A DNA stretch of 64,000 nt from Neocallimastix sp. 'constans' (taxonomy: Eukaryota). How positions within the stretch are numbered: position 1 is the stretch's first letter; the number at the start of each line of letters is the position of its first letter. Made by a program: the position numbers and the translations under genes. Below are positions 53,209-64,000 of the stretch, in pieces. The DNA lies in contig JBODTK010000149.1 in NCBI GenBank assembly GCA_050613775.1, positions 62,001 through 126,000 on the forward strand, in the 5' to 3' direction. The notes under the pieces were generated by a model that saw nothing but the letters and a program-made list of their open reading frames with translations, was not told the DNA's origin and did no database searches.

Positions 53209-54438
53209 TCTTTTATTTAGTATGGAAAATTAGAAAAAAAAATTATTTATTAATATAAATATATCTTTATTATTATTTATTAATATAAAGGATTAATCAT
53301 AAATCATAAAATAAATCATAAAATAAATTAAAAAACAAAAAAAAATCAAATAATATAAATTATTATTAATAATTAAATATTTTAAAAATACGATAAATTA
53401 TATATATAAATATGAAATTTTATATTTAAAGTTTAAACCATAAAATATAAAAACACTTTTGTTTTTTTAATTTCTTTCTTTTGTTTTTATTATTTATTTT
53501 TTTCTTTAATTTATATTATATAAAAAAGCATATTGTTTATATATTTAAAAGTAAGATAAATTTATTTTATATTTCTATTATTATTATTTTTTATAAGAAA
53601 ATATAATATATTAAAAAAATAAATTATTATAAGGGAGAATTACCAATTTAATAATATATATTTGATGTAATTATTTGTATATTAATGTGTTAAAATAACA
53701 AATATAAATAAATTAAAAAAAAAAAAAAAAATAAATTTTTATTATTCATAGTTCTCATTGATAGTAATATAAATATTAATAAATAAATAAATATAATATA
53801 TTTATATTTTATATTATATGGAAAGGGAAAGAATAACATAGTTGAAAGAGTATTGAATATCATTAATATTAATATATACAAAATAAGAAAAAAAAATAAT
53901 TGAAATTTAATCAAAATAATAAATATATTAGATAAAGTAATTATTTTACAAAATAAAATATAATAACAAAGGAAAATAAAATAAAAATAAAAATAAAATA
54001 AAATATGATATAAAAAAAAATAAAATAAAATAAAATAATACATTATTATTTATAGAATATTAAATATATATACACTTTTTTTTTTATTAATATAAAATAT
54101 ATAATTAAGAGAAAACGAAATTATTAAATATTATATTAACAAATATTTTTATATAAATATATATATATAAATATATATATATAAATATAATTATATTTTA
54201 ATATTTTTATATTCTATATATTTATTATATATTTAATATTTTTGAAAATAAAATTTATAATATTATTTCATAATAGAATTGAAATAAAGTGGACTAATAA
54301 TTATAATAAAATAAAAATAGAAATATATAAATCATAGGAAAAAAAAAAAAAAAAGAAAAAAAGGGGAAAAAATAATTTAGTAAAAATAAAACGAAAAACC
54401 AAGGAATAATAATAATAATATATATATAATAAAAAAAT

Positions 54439-55555
54439 ATGGATATGAATGAAACAAAAAATACTAGCACTTCAACAGAAACAGATAATAACAATACTTT
54501 AGATTCTGTTATTAACAATAAAATTGATACAGAGGATATAAAGGATAATCAAGATAAACTATCAGATATTGCTAGTCCAGAAGAATCAGAAATTTCATCT
54601 AAATCAAATAGAATTCCACTTATTATCCGTTGCCCTTTCACTACAACAGATTTAAACATTCTTATTGATGCCTCGCATAATGTATTACATTTAAAAAAGA
54701 AAATCTATAAAGAATTTCCAAGTAATCCAAAACCCTCTGATCAACGTTTGATTTTTGGTGGTAGAATTATTCAAAATAATGAAATTCTTCAAGATGTTTT
54801 AAAAAGAGTAAGTTTTGAACATTTCTTTTTTTTTATTTTCCAAAATATATATATGTGTATATGTATAGATAATATTATATAATAAAATTTTATTTGTATT
54901 TTTATTTATTATTAGTTTATTAATAGATATATATATATCTTTATTTTATATTAAAATTATATAATATATATTTAATTTAATAATTTATATAGCAATTATT
55001 AGATTTATCTACACCTCCAATTATTCATTTAATTATCAATTCACTTGCTATTCAACATGCTAAAACAGTTAAGCCTACTAGTAGCAATAATTCAGTAAAT
55101 GGAAGTACTAATAATACACCTTCAGCAAGTGTTCAACCTTCTCCAGTAGGATCAAAACAAGATTTATCTGAAATAACAAATACATCAACCAATGATTTAT
55201 CTAATATTACAACAAACAACAATAACAGTAATAACAACAATAATACAACCAATATATCTTCATCATCAGCTGTAGATTCAAATAATGTAAAAGAAACTCT
55301 AGCACCAACTACATCCAAAGAACAATCGCCAACCACAAATATAAGTGAAATTTTCTCATCAAAACCAGTATCCTATTCAAATATATCATCAGATAGTGTG
55401 CAATATATATTATTAAAGTAATATATGCATATATATAATATAATATATATATTTAATATTTTTATTTTATGTTGTATTTATTTTATTTATTTTTTATTAA
55501 AAGAACATTAAATTTATTATAATAATAACTATTAATTTATATATTATATTTTATA

Positions 55556-55598
<43 letters not shown>

Positions 55599-56703
55599 TT
55601 TTATTTTTATATATATGTATATATTATATATATATTTTTTTATATTTTTATTATTATAATTTTAATTATTTTAATATTTTTTAAATATAAATCTTTTTTT
55701 TTCTAACTATTTTTTATTAAATAGTAATATTATTTATGCAGTTCAGCCTGCACCGGAATACCTATCGAATAGTGATGGTGGATTAAAAATTCAATCACCG
55801 GTTGATTTTAGGTCTAATACTGAAAGTGATGATATGTATGACAATAGTAATAATAATACTAATGAAACCAATAACAATAATAATGATAATAATGCACAAC
55901 CAGCGGATGCCAATATAAATAATAATAATGGTCAGCAAGAAATATTAAATCAAATTTTAAATGCTAATGATCAACAACGACAACAACCAAATCAGTTTTT
56001 CTTGTTTATACGTTTAGCTTTTATTGTATATTTACTTACTCAAGGTGGTGGATATATACGTATGATTATTGTAACTTTTATTGCAATCATTATATTTTTA
56101 GTTCAGACTGGAAGAATTAATGTTACAGTCATTAATTACAGAAGTAAGTTTTTACAATTATGTTTTTAATTATTAAATAATATATATATATATGTTATTA
56201 TTATTATTATTATTATTATACGTTTAGAAAAACAAACAAACAAAAAAAAAAAAAAAAAAAAAAAGTACTAAATATTTAATATATATCTATACATTAAACT
56301 TTTTATAATTAATTATAATAAATAATTATAAAAATAAAATAAAAATAAAAAAATAAAAAAATAAAAATAAAAATAAAAATAAAAAATAAAAAAATAATAA
56401 GATTTACCTGGCGTTAATGTTAATGCTAATAATAATAATAATAATGCAAATCAAAACGAACAAGCCAATAATAATATAAATAATGAAAATAATAGAGATG
56501 TTAATAATGATGCCGCAGGAAATAATGAAAATGATCCACTCTTAAATAATAATGCAGATGGAAATAATAATAATGATAATAATAATACCAACAATAATAA
56601 TATAAATAATGTTGTACCTCAATATAGTTTTTTAACAAATTGTAGAAGAGTATTCTTTGCCTTTTTCTTATCTCTAATACCGTTTATTCAAGATGTAGCT
56701 TAA
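54439..56703 (+). CDS. Ubiquitin-like-domain membrane protein, Herp/HERPUD (Usa1)-like; exons 54439-54807, 54993-55417, 55725-56143, 56402-56703
   Basis: UBL domain (VLHLKKKI...PSNPKPSDQRLIFGGRII...IIHLII), hydrophobic hairpin (LFIRLAFIVYLL...FLVQTG), C-terminal FFLSLIP. Phase-consistent GT-AG introns. Confidence 0.8.
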
Positions 56704-56994
56704 AAATATTTTAATGTTTTTAAATCAATTAAAATAAAAAATAATTTAAAATAAAATAAATTTAAAATAAATTAATAAAAAAGTATTAATAATCACAAAA
56801 AAAATTGTTAATATTTTAAAATTATAAAAAGAAAAAAAAATAAAAATTATTAAATATATAGAACTAAAAAAAAAAAATAAAATAAAATAAATAAATAAAT
56901 AAATAATAATAATGATAATAATAATAATGATAATAATAATAATAATAATAAATTATTAAATTAAACAGTATCAAGTTTTATTTTTTTTTTTTTT

Positions 56995-57032
<38 letters not shown>

Positions 57033-58369
57033 TTTATTATTTTTATATTATTATTTTATTTTTTATAATTTATTATTATTTTTTTTTTTTTAAAAGAAGT
57101 TTTACAAAATTATTATATATGAGAGAAATGTTAAAAAAAAAAAAAAATTATAATCAAATTGAAATGTTTGAAGTGAAACTATTATATATATATAAATTAT
57201 TTTTTTTTATTTTATATGTATATATATTTTTTTATTTATATTTTAATTAATTTTTAGGATTTTATATTTCAATATAAAATTGTGGTTTTAAATTATAGTA
57301 CAGTTTTATTATATAAATATTGATTTACATTATTAGTTGTATGGCTTTAGTATTGAAATTAATGCAATATCTTATAATGGACAATATAGATGATGAAATT
57401 TAATAATAATAATAAAAAAAAAATTATTTTGTTTTATATATATATAAACTTAAATTTCTAAATTAATATGTATTTCTATTATTATTATAAGTTTACAAAT
57501 AAATGAATAAAATGGATATAAATAAATAATGTTGAGATAAATAATAAGTAGACACATAACAAATAAATAGATAAATAAATTAAGATAGATATAAAAATAC
57601 ACCAATTAATAAATTCAAATAAATAGTAATACCTATTTAACCTATATATATATAAATATGTATAAATATATAAATTTAAATGCTTGGATTTGGTTAATTA
57701 TAGATTTAATTAATTTTCAAAAACTTTATTTATCTTTAATTTTTTTTTTAGATTAGCTAAAATCTTAATTTATATATCTATATTTCAAAAGAATAAAAAA
57801 AAAAAAAAAAAAAAACTAAAAAATACCTTATTTATATTTTTGTCGTTAATATTATATATATATATATATTATACATATATATATTTTTATACATTGATAT
57901 TAATTATTTATTTTTGAATAGATAAATTTAAAAATAAATATATATATATATAAAAGATAATAAAAGTAATTATAATTATAATCATAAGCAAATGATTTAA
58001 AATATAATCCTATTTTACTATGACAGAACATAATGAATAACCCGAGAAATTGATTAAAATTAAAATTTTGTAATACTTGATTTTTTTTTTTTTTTTTTTA
58101 TTAAAGTATTTGTATTAATTTCTTAATTTATATACCATTTCTGAATATTTTTTGTTTTTTTGTATTATTTATTATATTTAAAATATTTTATTAAGTAGTA
58201 TAAATTTTTAATCGATGATAAGAAAAAAATAACAGAAATAATAATAAAATAATATAATATAAGAGAAATAATAATAATTAAAAAAAAAAATCAAAAATAT
58301 ATATCCATATTTAAATAATAAGTAAATACTTTAATAATATTTGTTAAATTTAAAGTAATAAAGAACGAA

Positions 58370-58679
58370 ATGGATAATCAAGATAATAATGAAAATACTT
58401 CAGCGATACCTGAAGAAATTAATGTTGGACCAGAGAATGTTACAAATGAACAAACAAATCAAGAAAATGTTGTTACTACAAAATTCAAAAGTTTGAATCA
58501 AACAGTAACCAGTAATGGAAATCAACAACAAACAACCTACGGTATATATACATATATATATAAATATAAATAAAATATAAATAAAAACGATAAAATAAAA
58601 TTTATATACACGTATATACAATTAAAAAAATATCTTAATATTTATCCTTTTATTACTTTTTTATTTTATTTTAATTTAT

Positions 58680-58723
<44 letters not shown>

Positions 58724-61700
58724 GAATAATAATATAATATGAAATATTATAATATTATTACTTTAATAATAATGATCAATAATAATGATAAATGATAATA
58801 ATAAATAATAATGAACAATGATGAACTTTATTAATGAAAAAATTGATTATAAGAAACGAGTGTATATAGTACTAATAGTAACTATCAAAAAATAACAAAA
58901 ACGGTCATTACTAGTAATAGATCATCAAGTCATAAGCTTTTAAGAAGATCAAATTCAAATATGAATGCATTGGAGGTGCTTAATTCAGAACCTCAAAAAT
59001 TAGAAGAATTTAAAGATAATCAGAACAATAATCAAGATAATACTACAATAATGAATCAATCTAATATTCCTAGTTCAATTGTGGAGATAAAGAGAACCCC
59101 TAAATCACAAAGTCGAGTATCCAATTCACAGGGATCAGCAACAACAAGACCATTAGATAATCATGATATTACCGAATTAAATGATAATTCTGCTATCACA
59201 GAACCTCTAAAGGATTCTATTGAAGACAGAACAGATGAAAGTAAAAAAATTAATGATAATGATGATAATGATTTCGCAAAAACCATAAAATCTTCTAATA
59301 GTCAACAAGAAATAGTAAGACGGAGTCAATCCATTCCAAATATGAGGAGAGAAAATGCATTAACGATGACTGGAACTGCAGCAAAATCTCTCAATAAATC
59401 AAAATCTGCTCAAGTTTCGTATAAGCAGTCGAATATTCTTGGATCTTTCGTAGAAGTATTACATAATAATACCTATGAGAATAATCTTGAGAGTATTAAA
59501 AATAATACTCCTGATCACAGCAAAAACAACAATAACAGTAGTATTATTAATGATACCAATGAAAGTAAAAATGATGATGAAGCGAATAATGTTGAAATTG
59601 ATGATAAAACAAAAAGGAAAACAGTTTCACGGAGGTCAAATTCTACTCTGGATAATCCTAAAAGAATATTAGGTTCATTAGATACTAATCTTGTCGATAA
59701 TTCATACCAATATAAGAATACCTCGGGTAGTAGAAAAAGCAGTAGAAATCATAGTCAAAGAAGTAGTAGGAAAAATAGTAGAAGAAATAGTGAAACGGGA
59801 AGTAGCAAAAGAATTAGTAGTCGAGGTAGTACGAATTCCATTCATAAGAGAGAAAAAGATAATTTATTAAGAACTCAAAGCTCCTTACTGAACGTTGCTA
59901 AAAATGAAAGAAATTATAAGGAAAAAATTATATTATATAATACAAATAAGAATAAGGTAGCCTATATGGTAACTAATGAAGGTATATTAAAATATTGATT
60001 TTTAACTTTTGTTTTTTTTATTTTAATTTTATTTTAATTTTATCTTATTTTTATATTATTTTTATTTAATTATTATTATTATTATTTTATTTTATTTTTA
60101 TTATATTATATTTTATTTTATTTTATTTTAATTGTAATATTATTTTAATTTTTAATCATAGAATTTTTTTTTATTATTAATAAAATTTTATTAAATTTTA
60201 ATTATAATAATATTAAATTTTTAATTAATAAAAATAAAATTTACTAATTATTTATTTAATCTTTCATTTATTTAATGAATCATTCATTCATTTTTATTTT
60301 TATTTTTATTTTTATTACTATCATCAATATTCCATAATATAAAAAGAAAATAAAGAAGAAAATAGGCCAGTTATTATTCAATCTTCTAATATATTTGATG
60401 TTGATATTGATAATAAATCAGATATTCATGAAGTCATCGTAAAAATTGAACAAAATCAAGATACTAAAGATTTTATTAAATCATTAGGTAAATTCAATAT
60501 ATATATAAATTACTAAATAAATAAATAAATAAAGATTATATAATAATTATTATATTGATTATATTAATAATAATAATTACATAATAATTATTATATAATA
60601 AATAAATAAATTAATATTATTAAATATTAAAAAATTATCATTATCATTATTATTAATTATTACGGGAAAAAAAAATATTAATATTCTAATTATATATGTG
60701 TTAATAAATATTTTTATATCCATATTATAAAAAATATATATAATTTGTTATCTAAATTATATATTTATAGATGATCATATAAATAAAAATTTATGCTATA
60801 CTGATTATTTTGATATTAATAGAGGTAATCAATATGGTTCATGCTCTGTGCAAATTAGAGAGGCAACCTACTTAAGTGTTCCTTGTTATTATATTGCTAA
60901 AAAGGTTTTAGTAAAGAATAAAACCAATGATGAAGTAATTAATCATTTAGAATTTGTTTCCTACGTTACTCCTAAACTGGTCACTTTACATCAAAATTTA
61001 TTACAACAAAAAAATGGAGGTCCAAGTTACAATCAACATGTAGACTACAATAAGAAAAATAAACTGATTGCTATTGAACAATATCACTATAAAAGTGATT
61101 CCACAATTAAGCAAATATTTGATTGTGATCAATATTTAAGTGAAGGTAAATAAAATTATAAATAAAAAGTAATAGAATAAATAAATAAATAAATAAATTT
61201 GTAATTATAATAATATCATTATCATTATTATTATTATATAAAATATAATTCTTTTAATGAAATATATATATATTATATAATTAATAAATTCTAATGATAA
61301 CAATGATAATACTTAATAGGTGCTATTGAAATAATGAATCGAATTCTTATTGAAAATGAAGTTAAACCTCATACCTATAATTTCCTTACGTTTGTTAGAG
61401 GTATCATGTATCAAATTAATACTACTACTTATCCTGGTATTGAAAATGCATATTTCCAAGGAAAAAGGTTACCTTATTCTGTAATAAAAATTGAAAATGA
61501 AATACTACCAAGATCAGATCATGTTAATATATATGAAGAAGTGGATGCTATCCGTATTTTTTCAGACTATCAAGAATTGGCTAAAGCGAATGATAAAGTT
61601 AATGAAATTTCAAATTCATTTAGTAATGATAAAGAAGAAGAATTATCAAATTCTAGTATTATTAATAGATTAAATAACCAAAATAGCCAAAAAACCATTG

Positions 61701-62240
61701 AATCTAAAGTTGATAAAGAAAAAAATTTAATTAAAAATAATAGTTACGATGATAAAGAAAAATCAACTCATGCACCGACGACAGATGATCTCCATAAAAA
61801 TGATGCTAATGAATTCGAAGAAAATAATGATGGTGTTATGCTCAGTGATTTGAATGTCCCCAATTTCACAATATCTAATAGTCAAAATAATTTAACCTTT
61901 GAACAATTAATAAAGAATAATGCAGGAGGTAGCGATAAGCTTTATAATAGTAATTTTGATGTTAATAGTTCATTAGGTAGTTGTAATCTAGTTGAAATTG
62001 CAAAGAATGTATCAGGCTCAGGAAATATGATTACTGTAGATGAAATTAATATGAAAAAGGGAATTATTCCATCACGTAAATTAAAAAACGAAAATAAGAA
62101 AGATGATGATGTCACTACCAGATACAATAATATTGAAACAAAAATTTGTTGTCCAAAAAGAGGTTGTCTTATTTTCGAAGATGAACTCAATCAACTTCAT
62201 TGTGAAAATAAAATAAAATATAATGATACTAGTAAGTTTT

Positions 62241-62290
<50 letters not shown>

Positions 62291-62521
62291 TGTAATTGAT
62301 AATAGTAAAAAAAAGAAAAAATTTTTTGTCATCTTTAATCTATTAAATAATAAAAATATATTAATTATTCTAATAAAAATATAATATTTTATTATTTAAT
62401 ATATTAGTTGAAATTAAGAGTTTTCTTGATGAACAGGAGAACTTATCAATATATCATGAATATAAGGTTAATATAAATAATATATATATAATTTTAAATA
62501 ATAAATTTTTAAAGCTTTTTT

Positions 62522-62555
<34 letters not shown>

Positions 62556-62780
62556 AATTCTATATATAATTCTATACTTAAATTATATATATATATATAT
62601 ATATTTATCTTCTGCTTTTCTTGCTATCATATATAGAATACTTATACTAAGAAATATTTAAGGTATATAAAATATAATGAATCTTTAAAATTTATGTTAC
62701 AAGATTTTGTTCAATCTATATTTTTCCATAAACCAAAAGATGTCTATCAATTTACAAAAAATTACTTTTCAAATGAATAA
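58370..62780 (+). CDS. CATIP: CATIP-like ciliary protein with long low-complexity N-terminus and C-terminal RIIa-type docking motif; exons 58370-58541, 58854-59981, 60347-60487, 60771-61145, 61320-62231, 62408-62466, 62637-62780
   Basis: Phase-consistent splicing. SYVTPKLVTLHQ and LSEGAIEIMNRIL recall the CATIP N-domain; C-terminus LQDFVQSIFFHKPKDVYQFTKNYF. The gene model is firmer than the name. Confidence 0.65.
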
Positions 62781-64000
62781 TGTACCTTTACATTTTATAT
62801 ATTAAAAAGAAAAAAAAAAATTTTTTTTTTTTTGTTATTTCCTTTTTTCTTTTTTATTTGAACTATCAATTCATTATTTTTATTTTAAAAAAAATATATA
62901 TATATATACATATATATATATCAATAATTTAAATACAATTAAAATCTTTTTTTTTTTTATTCTAAATGTACATATTCAATCACGTGTAATACAATTTAAC
63001 AAAATGATAATAATAATATAATATAATTATTTTTAATTAATTTCTTCAGTTTTTTTTTTTTATTTTATTTTATTTTATTTTTATTTTTTTAATTTTATTT
63101 AAAATACTAAATTTAAAAAAAAAAAAATATTAAAATTACAATATATTTCAAAAAGAAAAAAAAAAAATAGTTTACAAAAATTTTTTCTTAATAATCCAAT
63201 ATTTTTTTTGTTTTTGAATTGAAAATAAACAATAATTTTGAATTAGAAAATTGTTATATTGAAAATGTTAATAACGAATTTTCTGATAAATTATTCATTA
63301 TTATAATTCATTAAATAAAATTAGAAGCATGGTAAATTTTCATTTGATAACTGTAGTAATAATAATAATAATATTAAACATTAAATAATAATAAAAAATA
63401 ATAAATAATAATAGTAATAATTAAAAATAATAAAATAATAAAATCAAATACTTGTAATAAATGTATTAAATAATTTTTTATACACAAAATGTTTGAAAAT
63501 TCAAATGATAACATAATTAAAAAAAAAAAAAAATTATATAGTATTATAATATTATATATATATATATACTTCATACTTTTATTTTTGTTTTATTTTTTTT
63601 TTTTTATTTAAAGTATTATATATAATAAATATTATCTTATATATAAATATTAAAAAAAAAAAAAAAAACACTTTATTATTTTGCTGTATTTTTTTTTTTT
63701 TATCGAATGCTATAAGTTATTGGAATTTTAATTTTGTTTTTTATTGTATTTATTTATTTATTTTATTTTATTGATTATATTTACAACTTCTAATATATAT
63801 ATATATAAATATATTTTTGTTATTCTAAAATATAATTGTGTATCAGTATTTTATTTTTAAATTAGAAAATGAAAATTTTGAATAAAAATAATTTTTGAAA
63901 TTTAAAAATCTTAATTCTTCTTTTGATGAATAATATAAATGAACAATTCATCCATTGTAATTTGGAGGGTATATGTCATGTATGAAACTATAAATAATAA

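Overview
Extremely AT-rich eukaryotic DNA with short GT-AG introns and long homopolymers. This, plus a cilia-associated gene, suggests a zoosporic fungus such as an anaerobic gut fungus (inference, not tested). The first ~47 kb is a dense nest of transposable elements. It holds two full-length Ty3/gypsy chromovirus-type elements: A (15431-22521) is interrupted by a solo LTR, and B (27712-34689) has an intact ORF. It also holds a near-intact Ty1/copia element C (26271-38634, minus strand) carrying element B and a tRNA-derived SINE, four solo LTRs with 5-bp target-site duplications (TSDs), three copies of a non-autonomous Mutator-like element (two with 9-bp TSDs), and several decayed copia and gypsy remnants. 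Host genes are an orphan small secreted protein (41619-42145) and, in the last ~15 kb, a six-exon MMS2/UEV gene, a Herp-like UBL membrane protein and a CATIP-like ciliary protein. The most notable signals are: (1) a primer-binding site (PBS) complementary to the anticodon arm of tRNA-Lys(CUU), shared by copia C and a gag-less element with a degenerate protease; (2) Tf1-type self-priming in both gypsy families, with a conserved competing hairpin; (3) fixed TG...TA LTR ends; (4) a tRNA-SINE with a gypsy inserted ~45 bp upstream of it; (5) an RNase H fragment with no integrase behind it that resembles caulimovirid pol. All calls were made by eye; no searches were run.
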